Origin: Bacteroidales bacterium
GTDB lineage: Bacteria; Bacteroidota; Bacteroidia; Bacteroidales; GWF2-38-335
Reading direction: 5' to 3'
Length of the DNA: 64,000 nt
NCBI GenBank assembly: GCA_016936815.1
Contig: JAFGXD010000114.1
Coordinates: forward strand, 5,377-69,376
Part shown: positions 25,822 to 35,375 of the stretch, piece after piece
How positions within the stretch are numbered: position 1 is the stretch's first letter
Layout: every line of letters starts with the position of its first letter
Position numbers and translations under genes: made by a program
Notes under the pieces: model-generated
The model's input: only the letters and a program-made list of their open reading frames with translations
What the model was told of the DNA's origin: nothing
Databases searched by the model: none

Positions 25822-28482
25822 TTAAAATTGTTGACCAATAACAAAGTGGAACTGACTGCCATTAGCGTTGGGGTTCAATACGTTATTAATCCTAACCTCA
25901 TCGAATCCGTAGCCCCAGTCAACTCCTAACATTCCAAACATAGGTAAAAATATTCTAACTCCCAAACCTGCCGAACGCTTGATTTCGAAAGGATTAACAT
26001 CCTTGAAATTAAACCAAGCATTTCCACCTTCCAAAAAAGCTAATGCATAAAGAGTGGCATTTGGATTTAAAGAAAGTGGATATCTCATTTCCAGAGTATA
26101 TTTGTTATAGAAATTTGCCCCCATATTTGGTGTCAAAGAACGGTTTTCGTAACCCCTGAGTGAAACAATTTCTCTTCCGTATAAGTTATATCCTGCTAAT
26201 CCGTCTCCTCCAACTTCGTAACCTTCGAAAGGAGAATATCCCCACTCTTTGCTGTAAGGACAGAGTAAACCGAAGTTTATTCTGGCATTAAGCACCAGAG
26301 TTTTCTCGCTTTTTGTTTCATCTTGCAATTTTCTTGCCAAAGAAGTAAACCAAGATGCTTTAAAAGTCCATTTATGATATTCAATCCATTTATAATGTTC
26401 TCTATTTTGCTTATAAATTAGTTCAGCGTCGGTTAAATCCGTTGCATCAACGTTATTCCAATATTCTCGTTCCTCGATCTTGAATACGCTGGTTTTCAAC
26501 CAATACCAAGGAATAGTTGGTTCCCATGTTAAAGAAAAATCCGATCCCATAACAGGGAAAATCATATTAGGACCTGAAGAAAATCTTCCCAATCGTAGTT
26601 TAAGACCAATATTGTTAGAATTTCCTTCATCTATGATGAAACCGGTCCATTTATTTAGGCTGTAATTCTGAAAGAAAACCTCTCCATAGAAAGTAAAGTA
26701 ATCGTCCGGCTTTTTCATTCTTGTACCAATTCCCAAAGAAATTCCGGATATTTGAATGGCTTTGTATAATGGATTGATTGTATCTTCAACAATTCGTTTA
26801 TATCCATTTGATTGTTTTGTATGATAAAGTGAAAAGCTTAAGGAATTAGGTTTTTTTCCACCCAACCAAGGCTCTGTAAAACTCATGCTGTAAGCCTGAT
26901 AGTATAGGCCAGACGATTGGGCTCTTAAGCTTAATTTTTGTCCGTCGCCCGATGGCAAAGGTCGCCAAGCAGAGCCTTTAAAAATCTTTTTTACGCTGAA
27001 ATTGTTGAAAGAAAGGCCCAGTGTTCCAACAACCATTCCGGCACCCCATCCACCGGAAAGTTCAATTTGGTCGGAAGCTTTTTCTTCAACCACATATTCC
27101 AAATCTACTGTACCGTCTTTCATATTTGGAATTGGCTTTACGTCGAGTTTTTCAGGGTCGAAATAGTTTAATTGAGCCAATTCTCTATGGGAACGGATAA
27201 TTTCAGATCTTCTAAAAAGTTCTCCGGGTAAAGTGCGAATTTCTCTTCTTATTACATGTTCATTAGTTTTAGAATTACCGGTAATAATTATGCTATTTAT
27301 TCGGAATTGTTTTCCTTCCACCATTCTCAATTCAATATCAATAGAGTCGTTTTCTACATTAATTTCAGCAGGAGTAACGGAAAAGGCTAGGTAACCATCG
27401 TCAAGGTAAAGAGAACTTACACCGTCGGGGTCAATAAACAATCTTTCATCAAGAGTAGATTGATTAAAAACATCTCCTTTTTTAATTCCAAGAAAGTCGT
27501 TAAGTTTTTCTTTTGGGTATTTGGTATTTCCCACCCAGGTAATATTTCTAAAATAGTATTTTTTTCCTTCATCAATCTTCATTTCTATATTTATGGTCTT
27601 AAGATCGTGATTGTAAACAGTATCAAAAATTATCTTTGCATCTCTATAACCTTTTTGATTATATTTTGCAAGAATATTTTCTTTATCGGTTTTATAATTT
27701 GAGGCAATAAATTTTGAAGTCTTAAAAATATTATACCATGTTTTTTGTTTTGTATCTTTCATTTTCCTCCTTAACTTCTTGTCGTTGAAAGATGATTTAG
27801 AGAAAGTTTTTTTTACAAAACCCACATTTTCTTCCTTAAGAGCTAATTTATATTCATCGTTTTTTGTATTGCCCTCAAATTTTATTTCATTTATTTTTAT
27901 TCTGCTATTGCGATTTATTTTAATATTTAGAATAACGTTATTAATAAGTAGTGTATCTTCAATTTGTTCTATTATTACCTCAACATTTCTATAGCCTTTA
28001 TCAACAAAATGAGCCTTTATTGTATTTTTTGCGTTATTTAGTACATTGTCGGTAATAGGTTTACCTTTTACAAATTTTATTTGTTCTCTTAAATCGTCGG
28101 CTTCAGATCTTTTAACGCCTGTAAAAGAGAACCTGGATAATCGGGGTCTTTCAACAAGAAAAATATCAAGAAAAATAACGTCCCCAATAATTTTTGTTGC
28201 AGATATTTTTACATTGGAAAACAAATCTTGTTTCCAAAGTTTTTTTACAGCATTGGTAATATCTGTACCGGGAACTGTAACTTTATCACCTGTTTTAAGT
28301 CCCGACAAATGAGTTAATACATTATGATCAAGATGTTGAACCCCTGAAATAGTTATTCCTCCAATTTCATATTCTTTGGGTGAAGTATAATCTATTCCAT
28401 CGAGATTCGATACGGATGATTCCTGAGCCTTTGGTTGCAGGGCTATAGCTATTAAGAAAATAAAAAATAAAATTCGTATCAT
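25822..28482 (-). CDS. bamA: Outer membrane protein assembly factor BamA
   Basis: 886 aa, POTRA repeats, C-terminal Omp85 barrel ending in ...SQFHFVIGQQF. Conserved position between uppS and ompH. Confidence 0.9.
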   Translation of the reverse strand: MIRILFFIFLIAIALQPKAQESSVSNLDGIDYTSPKEYEIGGITISGVQHLDHNVLTHLSGLKTGDKVTVPGTDITNAVKKLWKQDLFSNVKISATKIIGDVIFLDIFLVERPRLSRFSFTGVKRSEADDLREQIKFVKGKPITDNVLNNAKNTIKAHFVDKGYRNVEVIIEQIEDTLLINNVILNIKINRNSRIKINEIKFEGNTKNDEYKLALKEENVGFVKKTFSKSSFNDKKLRRKMKDTKQKTWYNIFKTSKFIASNYKTDKENILAKYNQKGYRDAKIIFDTVYNHDLKTINIEMKIDEGKKYYFRNITWVGNTKYPKEKLNDFLGIKKGDVFNQSTLDERLFIDPDGVSSLYLDDGYLAFSVTPAEINVENDSIDIELRMVEGKQFRINSIIITGNSKTNEHVIRREIRTLPGELFRRSEIIRSHRELAQLNYFDPEKLDVKPIPNMKDGTVDLEYVVEEKASDQIELSGGWGAGMVVGTLGLSFNNFSVKKIFKGSAWRPLPSGDGQKLSLRAQSSGLYYQAYSMSFTEPWLGGKKPNSLSFSLYHTKQSNGYKRIVEDTINPLYKAIQISGISLGIGTRMKKPDDYFTFYGEVFFQNYSLNKWTGFIIDEGNSNNIGLKLRLGRFSSGPNMIFPVMGSDFSLTWEPTIPWYWLKTSVFKIEEREYWNNVDATDLTDAELIYKQNREHYKWIEYHKWTFKASWFTSLARKLQDETKSEKTLVLNARINFGLLCPYSKEWGYSPFEGYEVGGDGLAGYNLYGREIVSLRGYENRSLTPNMGANFYNKYTLEMRYPLSLNPNATLYALAFLEGGNAWFNFKDVNPFEIKRSAGLGVRIFLPMFGMLGVDWGYGFDEVRINNVLNPNANGSQFHFVIGQQF

Positions 28483-28494
28483 TAAGCTAAATAA

Positions 28495-29232
28495 TTACAA
28501 TTGTTCACTTGTCATTCCAAATCTTCTTTCTCTGTTTTGAAAATCTAGCAGAGCCTTAAAGAAATCTTCTTTTCTAAAATCAGGCCAAAGCGTTTCCGTA
28601 AAATACAATTCGGAATAAGCAATTTGCCAGAGCAAGAAATTTGAAATCCTGAATTCACCACTGGTTCTAATAAGCAGCTCGGGATCTGGAATTTTTGCGG
28701 TGGCAAGGTAGTCATTAAATAATGAACTATCAATTTCATCACCTTCAATTTTCCCGTTTTTAACATCATTTAATAATTGATTAACAGCATTTAATATTTC
28801 CCATCTACCACTATAGCTTAGAGCTAAAACCAAAGTTAGCCCGGTATTTCCCGATGTATTTTCAATAGCCTGATATAATTCTTTTTGAACCTTAGCAGGT
28901 AGTTGATTAATATTACCAATTGCAAATAAACGAATATTATTCTTATTTAGTGTCTCGAGTTCGTTATGAATGGAGTTTATTAGCAGACTCATCAGCGCAT
29001 TGACCTCCATTTTAGGTCTTTTCCAATTTTCTGTTGAGAAAGCATATAAAGTTAAGTATTCAATTTGCATTTCTGCTGCTGCTTCCACAGTTTCCCTTAC
29101 AGCTTTAACACCGTTTTTATGTCCAAATATTCTAATATTTCCTTTTTTCTTGGCCCATCTGCCGTTTCCATCCATAATAACTGCGACATGCTTAGGCAAT
29201 TTATCTTTTATTAATTGTTGTTTAAGGGACAT
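28495..29232 (-). CDS. uppS: Isoprenyl transferase (undecaprenyl diphosphate synthase)
   Basis: HVAVIMDGNGRWA, FSTENWKRP, RTSGEFRISNFLLWQ motifs. Confidence 0.93.
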   Translation of the reverse strand: MSLKQQLIKDKLPKHVAVIMDGNGRWAKKKGNIRIFGHKNGVKAVRETVEAAAEMQIEYLTLYAFSTENWKRPKMEVNALMSLLINSIHNELETLNKNNIRLFAIGNINQLPAKVQKELYQAIENTSGNTGLTLVLALSYSGRWEILNAVNQLLNDVKNGKIEGDEIDSSLFNDYLATAKIPDPELLIRTSGEFRISNFLLWQIAYSELYFTETLWPDFRKEDFFKALLDFQNRERRFGMTSEQL

Positions 29233-29261
29233 ATCTCTAAGTAATTTCTAATTAAAATGGC

Positions 29262-29954
29262 TTATTGGTAAGATTCATAAGCATCGCACTTTGTAAATTT
29301 GCTTGGGAATTTAAAAGTAATAAACAATCCGGCAACAGAATACCAGTCGTTATCGTTTATATAACCGGTCTGACGAAATGGTCTTGTTGAGCTAATCATG
29401 GGAATATCGTCGAATCCGGTAAGATTATCGATTTGATCTGTAAAAGTTTTTCTAAATGCCCATTCAAGGCCGGCAGAAACGTTTTCCGATATATTGAATT
29501 TATATCCAACACCGAAAGGTATTGCCAATTGAATAGGAAATGGAGTATTTGCGGCATAAAGAACCGATAATCCTGCAGCTACGTATGGACTATTATTATT
29601 TTTGGTATCGCCGTGACGGTAAGGAAAAAAATTAAATTCTATTTGGCCGGTAAATTCATAAAATGAAGTACTAAACTCTGCATTTCTTTGTTGTTGGTAA
29701 AGATTAGGGAAATCGGTATCGGAACCTGCCAGCGTTCCCATAATAAGACTACCTCTAATAGCATATCTGGTATCTCTGTAAGGATGACGGTAAATTGCAC
29801 CCAGTGCAAAGTTTGAATTATAAAACTGCTTTGAGGTGTTAATATCACCCAAATAATAAGATTGTCCAATGTAAACACCCAAATCACCTTTTATTTGGGA
29901 AATAGACAAGTTTGAAAAAATAGCAAGAATAACAACTAGAAAGAAAATACGCAT
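29262..29954 (-). CDS. Outer-membrane beta-barrel protein, DUF6089-like
   Basis: Signal peptide (SIS|Q), alternating beta-strand pattern, shared motif FRKTFTDQIDN, canonical position upstream of uppS. Confidence 0.6.
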   Translation of the reverse strand: MRIFFLVVILAIFSNLSISQIKGDLGVYIGQSYYLGDINTSKQFYNSNFALGAIYRHPYRDTRYAIRGSLIMGTLAGSDTDFPNLYQQQRNAEFSTSFYEFTGQIEFNFFPYRHGDTKNNNSPYVAAGLSVLYAANTPFPIQLAIPFGVGYKFNISENVSAGLEWAFRKTFTDQIDNLTGFDDIPMISSTRPFRQTGYINDNDWYSVAGLFITFKFPSKFTKCDAYESYQ

Positions 29955-29978
29955 ATAAATTTGGTTAAATTCAATTTT

Positions 29979-30761
29979 TTAGAATTTAGGCAATCCGTTT
30001 TTAGCTGTTTTTAGTTTATAAGAAAGCTGCACAAGCATAAAAGCATAAGAATCGTTTGCTCTTGAATATTTATCAGACCATCCTTCCAAATGATCGGTTG
30101 TAGTAAATCTTTCAGTAAACTCAATTCCTAGCGACCAAAGTCTGTTAATTCCATATTTGAATCCAATTCCAACGGGTATTACCACATTAAGCTTGTGAAA
30201 ATCGGCATCTCCAATAGATGAATACATTTCGGGGTCAATATCCTTTGCCGATATCCATGCTCCATCTACCCTAATTTTTGGAGCAAAGAATACACCTCCT
30301 ACTCCAAGAAAAACATAGGTATTAATCTTAAGATTTCTAATATTTCTTAATCTGGCAAAAGTATAGCGACTGCCAAATCTTTCTTTTGTTATTGAATATT
30401 CAGCTTGGGTAGAGAATTCAAAAATTGGACTTTTAGAGGTTATTCCTCTATTTAATCTGCCCGGCCAATTTGTTAGTTCATCACTTGCGCCAACCCAGGT
30501 ATAATTAAGATTTAATTTTACTGCAAATACTTCTAATATTTTATATCTGGCTCCTAAAAAAAACAATGGCTGAGATTTTTTCATTTCCATATCCCTCATA
30601 AAATGAGTTCCATCTCTATCGGCTCCACCAAGATCTGTAAAACTATTCGACAAACCCATTCCGAACATGGCTTCATAACGAATTCTTTTCCACTTTTGTG
30701 CCTCTGTTATTAATGGTAACAATACCATTAAAATTACGCTTATATATAAAATTCTTTTCAT
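29979..30761 (-). CDS. Outer-membrane beta-barrel protein, paralog of 30805..31713
   Basis: Signal peptide (TEA|QKWKRIRYE). Shares GIGFKYGINRLWSLGIE and the C-terminal KNGLPKF with its neighbour. Confidence 0.6.
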   Translation of the reverse strand: MKRILYISVILMVLLPLITEAQKWKRIRYEAMFGMGLSNSFTDLGGADRDGTHFMRDMEMKKSQPLFFLGARYKILEVFAVKLNLNYTWVGASDELTNWPGRLNRGITSKSPIFEFSTQAEYSITKERFGSRYTFARLRNIRNLKINTYVFLGVGGVFFAPKIRVDGAWISAKDIDPEMYSSIGDADFHKLNVVIPVGIGFKYGINRLWSLGIEFTERFTTTDHLEGWSDKYSRANDSYAFMLVQLSYKLKTAKNGLPKF

Positions 30762-30804
30762 TTTTCTTTTGTTTTTGTTTAACGCATAAAAACAATATTT
30801 ATTA

Positions 30805-31713
30805 TTAACGGAACTTTGGAAGTCCGTTTCTGTCGGTTCTTAATTTATAAGTAAGGTTAATAACTGCGAACATGTATGTATCTTTATCGGTTGAATCTCC
30901 TCTTTGCTGACCGCCCATTGTCCAGCTTGGCGGACCCGAACTTGGATCTGCAAAATACCCTGCTATATCACCATTTGCCGCACGTATGGCTGCGTTGTCG
31001 TAATAAGATGAACTAACATCGTCAATGTAATCTGTAAAAGTTTTTCTAATTCCATACTCAAGACCAATACTCCATAATCTGTTAAGTCCGTATTTAAATC
31101 CAATTCCAAATGGAATACAAACCTGAACTCTTGAATACATTTTTCTTGTTGGAATAAGTCCTTGACCCTCTGTTCCCATAGGTCTTAATGAAAACCACTC
31201 ATCACCTAATTTGGCTTTTGGATTAAAATAAAAAGCTCCAACTCCAACAAAAGCATAGGTATTTGTTTTAAAACCTTTTATACCTCTAACTCTACGTAAA
31301 TTATATCTATGCCCAACCCTTTCCCTAACAATAGAATATTCTAACTGGGCTGAAAACTCAATAATTGAAGACCTGAAATGAAGATTTCTGTTTTCTCTGT
31401 GAATTTGTTCCGTTTTTGCATCATCGCCCTTTACATATCCGTAATGCAGAGATGCTTTGGTTGCCAAATTCTCAAGAATTTTATATCTCATTCCAATCAT
31501 TCCCATTGGTCTGGTAAGAGATATTTCCAAATCTCTAATAAAATCTGTACCTATCATATTTGCTCCACCCAATTCACCAAGAAAGTTGCTACCGCCAAGA
31601 CCATAAACAACCTCGTATCTCATTCTTTTCCATCGGGTACTACCCCTCTGTGCCTCAGTAACTAAGGTAGCAAAGAAGATAAAAATCAAACTTATTATTA
31701 TCGTTTTCTTCAT
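30805..31713 (-). CDS. Outer-membrane beta-barrel protein, paralog of 29979..30761
   Basis: Signal peptide (TEA|QRGSTRWKRMRYE), GIGFKYGLNRLWSIGLE, RKTFTDYIDD, C-terminal RNGLPKFR. Confidence 0.6.
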   Translation of the reverse strand: MKKTIIISLIFIFFATLVTEAQRGSTRWKRMRYEVVYGLGGSNFLGELGGANMIGTDFIRDLEISLTRPMGMIGMRYKILENLATKASLHYGYVKGDDAKTEQIHRENRNLHFRSSIIEFSAQLEYSIVRERVGHRYNLRRVRGIKGFKTNTYAFVGVGAFYFNPKAKLGDEWFSLRPMGTEGQGLIPTRKMYSRVQVCIPFGIGFKYGLNRLWSIGLEYGIRKTFTDYIDDVSSSYYDNAAIRAANGDIAGYFADPSSGPPSWTMGGQQRGDSTDKDTYMFAVINLTYKLRTDRNGLPKFR

Positions 31714-31846
31714 TTCTGTTTTCTATCGAACTACAAAAGTAATAAAAATACTTGTTGATTTCAAAGTAAAAATTGCTTTTATTATTAATAAAACATTAAT
31801 TGTTTACAGATTGTCAGTCAACACAATACTATTTTTTTGATAAAGC

Positions 31847-31873
31847 AAAAAAAAAGCGGGATAAAACCCGCTT
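31847..31873 (-). terminator. Rho-independent terminator after the M49-like peptidase gene
   Basis: On the minus strand: AGCGGG-TTTTAT-CCCGCT followed by T9. Confidence 0.75.
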
Positions 31874-31890
31874 TTATTATTATTAAAATT

Positions 31891-33867
31891 TTACAATCCT
31901 AATTTTTCGACACCTTGGTCAAAAACAATATCTACAGGGATATTTGAATTATTAACTTTATCTAAATCTGACTGTAATTCTTTTCCAATTTTTCCATCTC
32001 TCAAAACCCATTCCTGAGCGGCTTTATAATCGCCATTTCCTTGAATAACAAGAATTTTTTCTGCCAATTCGTTCATAGCGGTTCTCATCTTATCGAAATC
32101 CACTTTATAAGTTCCAGTTTTAGGATCTCTAACAAAAGCTTCTTTTGCTTCAAAATAGTAAAATCTCATCATATTTGCTTTTCCATGTGCAGAAGCAGCT
32201 CCAAAACGTGACGAACGGAAAATTCCTGCCATAAACGTTACGTAGTAATCCATTAAATCAACTTTGCCCATTTCACCCATTTCATATAGCTTATCAATGC
32301 AATATAATCCCAAAATATCTGCTTTTCCTTCCTCAATTGAGGTATAGTAATCTCCGAGCGCCTCCCTTACTGTAAGTTTTTTGTTACCAACCACATAACT
32401 AGCCCCCAAACCATGTCCCACTTCATGAAACATTGTATTGGCAAAAAATGCATCGAACTTTACGTGTTTTCTCTGCGATTCGTCTATTAAAATGTTGGCA
32501 ATAGGTATTAAAATTTTGTCGAATTTTGCCTGCATAGCATTTTTCAATTGCAATTTTCTAGAACCTACATTTTCTCTTACCCATTCATCGTTTGGTAAAT
32601 TAATGGCAATTGTTTTAGAACCTGCGTTACAATCGCCTGCATAAAAAACTACATCGTAAGCGTTTAGCTCATTACCCATTGTTCCGGGCTCTTCAGATTT
32701 ATATTTTTGTTCCACCGGCAATTGTTTTTGTAATTCAGGAAGCATGGCAGTATATTTTTCAAGCTTTTTACTCCATTCTTTATCTTTTACCAAAATAAAG
32801 GCTTCATAAGCAGCCTTACTTCCAAACAACTGATCTTCATAGGTTTCTATTGGTCCTATAACAAAATCTATTGTATTGGTTTTCATCTCCAACCAGGCTA
32901 CATCACTATCTTGGTAATCGTCTGTTAACAAAGCTTCTGCACGTAATTCCAAATACTTTTTAAGACCTTCATCCTCAGCCAACAAAGACGCCTGGCGAAG
33001 CAAATCTGCTGCTTTTTGTGTCTGACTTACAAAAAACTTATGATATGGATAAGCAACAAGTTTTCCTTCTTCTTTTCTAATTATTGTGTATAATCCGGAT
33101 TTTGATTTATCGGACATTGCGTTAAATTCATCCTTCGTCATATCAACAGGATAAAAAGCTGAACCGGCAGGTTTTACACCAAAATCGGGCAGAAAAGAAA
33201 CATTATCGTTCAATCTTTCCCAAGGACCATAATTTATTTCAAAAAACTTCTTTAGATTTTCGTCTTTAAGGGAGGCAAGATACTGATCGAAATTGCCGTG
33301 AAAAACTTGCATTTTGTATATTTCATCCATTATTTTGGCAGCTTCAAAAAGCAATGGCAACATCTGTTTTTCCTTTTCGGTTAATTTGGAAACATCGGTT
33401 GTTAAAGTAAAAGATGCGTATTGATCTACTTTTTCTTTAATTGCTCTGTCAAGTGGTTTGAGAGTAATTATATCACCTTCACCGAAAGGGTGCATTAATA
33501 AATTACCTGTCTTTTTATCGAATGTGTATTTGTGAATTTCTTCCGCATTATTATGCCCCGCAGTACCTTCAATTACTATTTCGTTATCGTCTTCAGAAAC
33601 CACTTTATAGGCCATTGTACCTATTTGAGGGTCGCCGTAAAGTTGACTAAACAAACTATCTTTTTCAATTCTTACAGTGAAATTGAATTTTGGCATAATA
33701 ACGGAGCCATCTTCTGCGTAAGATGCAGGATGTTCGCCCAAAAAGGTAGTAAACATAGTAAATTCTGATTTTTTAGTTGACGGCTTTTGATTATCATCGG
33801 ATTCTTTCTTATCTGAACATCCAACCACAAAAACCATTGCCAAGATTAGTAAATAATAGTACTTCAT
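31891..33867 (-). CDS. M49 (dipeptidyl-peptidase III)-like zinc metallopeptidase lipoprotein, pentapeptide HExxH variant
   Basis: Lipobox VVGCSD. Zinc motifs FHEVGHGLG and EEGKADILGLY resemble the HExxH/EExKAD subgroup of M49 rather than the classical HELLGH. Confidence 0.5.
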   Translation of the reverse strand: MKYYYLLILAMVFVVGCSDKKESDDNQKPSTKKSEFTMFTTFLGEHPASYAEDGSVIMPKFNFTVRIEKDSLFSQLYGDPQIGTMAYKVVSEDDNEIVIEGTAGHNNAEEIHKYTFDKKTGNLLMHPFGEGDIITLKPLDRAIKEKVDQYASFTLTTDVSKLTEKEKQMLPLLFEAAKIMDEIYKMQVFHGNFDQYLASLKDENLKKFFEINYGPWERLNDNVSFLPDFGVKPAGSAFYPVDMTKDEFNAMSDKSKSGLYTIIRKEEGKLVAYPYHKFFVSQTQKAADLLRQASLLAEDEGLKKYLELRAEALLTDDYQDSDVAWLEMKTNTIDFVIGPIETYEDQLFGSKAAYEAFILVKDKEWSKKLEKYTAMLPELQKQLPVEQKYKSEEPGTMGNELNAYDVVFYAGDCNAGSKTIAINLPNDEWVRENVGSRKLQLKNAMQAKFDKILIPIANILIDESQRKHVKFDAFFANTMFHEVGHGLGASYVVGNKKLTVREALGDYYTSIEEGKADILGLYCIDKLYEMGEMGKVDLMDYYVTFMAGIFRSSRFGAASAHGKANMMRFYYFEAKEAFVRDPKTGTYKVDFDKMRTAMNELAEKILVIQGNGDYKAAQEWVLRDGKIGKELQSDLDKVNNSNIPVDIVFDQGVEKLGL

Positions 33868-33992
33868 ATTTATTTTTTTTTAGTTATTAATTATGGTTCG
33901 TAAAAATATTGAATAATTTCCATTTATAAAAGTCATGTTTTCTTATTTTAAGAAAAGAAAAGACAAATCTGCTCAAATTATTCAAAAACCAA

Positions 33993-34000
33993 TACTTTTG
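33993..34000 (+). promoter_or_regulatory. -7 promoter box TACTTTTG upstream of mtaB
   Basis: Perfect TAnnTTTG match 13 nt upstream of the ATG at 34014. Confidence 0.4.
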
Positions 34001-34013
34001 CAAAAACTTTTTG

Positions 34014-35315
34014 ATGAAAGAAAAACAAAAAATAGCATTTTTTACATTGGGTTGCAGATTGAATTTTTCTGAAACTTCAAATATTTCAAGGGATTTTGAA
34101 CCGGCAAATTTTGAGCATGTTACCTTTAGTCAAGAAGCTGATATTTACGTGATTAACTCATGTATGGTGACCGAAAAAGCAGAGAGAAAATGCAGGGATT
34201 TAATTAAGAAAACTCACACACAATACCCAAATGCTGAAATTGTTGTAATTGGCTGCTATTCTCAACTTAAGCACGAAGAAATAAAAAAAATACCCGGTGT
34301 AAGCCTTGTTTTGGGAAATCAGGAAAAGTTTAATTTGTTACATTTTCTTGAAAAAAAACAAAATAAGGAGCAAATAGTATCTTCATGTGAGATAATGCAA
34401 ACAAAAGATTTTCATTCCTCATTTTCACTTGGAGGGCGCACAAGGTCATTTGTAAAAATTCAGGATGGTTGCGACTACAATTGCGCATACTGTACTATTC
34501 CTTTGGCCAGAGGGAAAAGCAGAAATTCCTCGATTGAAGAAATCTTTTCTCAAACCGAAGAAATATATAAAAATGGGGTTCAAGAAATAATTTTAACGGG
34601 TGTAAACATAGGTGATTTTGGAAAATCAAATGCCGAAAGCCTATTCAAATTACTTAAAAAACTTGAAGAAAAATCTAAAATTCCAAGAATAAGAATCTCT
34701 TCAATTGAACCCGATTTGGTTGGAGATAACCTAATTGACCTTTTTGCTGCATCGGAAAAACTCTTGCCTCATTTTCATTTACCCCTTCAATCCGGTAACG
34801 ATAAGATTTTGGGTCTAATGAGAAGAAGATACAAAAGAGATTTATTCGAGAAACTTACATTGAAATTAGTAGACAGAATTCCTTTTGTATCGGTTGGAAC
34901 AGATATAATTACGGCATTTCCCGGCGAAACGGAGGATGATTTTGTAGATGGACTTGAATTTGTTAAGAGTTTGCCTTTAAGCCACATACATGTATTTAGC
35001 TATTCTCCAAGAAAAAATACAGTTGCAATAGATTTACCCGGCAAAGTAAGTTCAACAATTGCAAAAGAAAGAAGTAAACTCCTTCACATTATTTCAGAAG
35101 AAAAAGAAAAACAGTTTATTGAGAAAAACCTAGGAAAAAAAAGAAAGGTGCTTTTCGAAAATAAAAATAAAAACCATGAATATCAGGGCTATACAGATAA
35201 TTATATTAAAATAATAAGCCCTTCGAACCGAAACATAAAAAATGAAATTCTGTTTGTTGAACTACTTGAAATGAATGAAAAAAGAGAGGCTATTGGTAAA
35301 ATAATTTCACAATAA
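34014..35315 (+). CDS. mtaB: tRNA t6A37 methylthiotransferase MtaB (radical SAM)
   Basis: N-terminal FFTLGCRLNFSE (UPF0004 domain), radical SAM CDYNCAYC, ~434 aa with TRAM-like C-terminus. ATG at 34014 follows the TTG at 34011. Confidence 0.8.
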   Translation: MKEKQKIAFFTLGCRLNFSETSNISRDFEPANFEHVTFSQEADIYVINSCMVTEKAERKCRDLIKKTHTQYPNAEIVVIGCYSQLKHEEIKKIPGVSLVLGNQEKFNLLHFLEKKQNKEQIVSSCEIMQTKDFHSSFSLGGRTRSFVKIQDGCDYNCAYCTIPLARGKSRNSSIEEIFSQTEEIYKNGVQEIILTGVNIGDFGKSNAESLFKLLKKLEEKSKIPRIRISSIEPDLVGDNLIDLFAASEKLLPHFHLPLQSGNDKILGLMRRRYKRDLFEKLTLKLVDRIPFVSVGTDIITAFPGETEDDFVDGLEFVKSLPLSHIHVFSYSPRKNTVAIDLPGKVSSTIAKERSKLLHIISEEKEKQFIEKNLGKKRKVLFENKNKNHEYQGYTDNYIKIISPSNRNIKNEILFVELLEMNEKREAIGKIISQ

Positions 35316-35338
35316 GAATGATTTTTAAATTCATAATA

Positions 35339-35346
35339 TACCTTTG
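35339..35346 (+). promoter_or_regulatory. -7 promoter box TACCTTTG upstream of lgt
   Basis: Perfect TAnnTTTG match 29 nt upstream of the ATG at 35376. Confidence 0.4.
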
Positions 35347-35375
35347 CATTATTAACTGATAATTAAAAATTCTAT

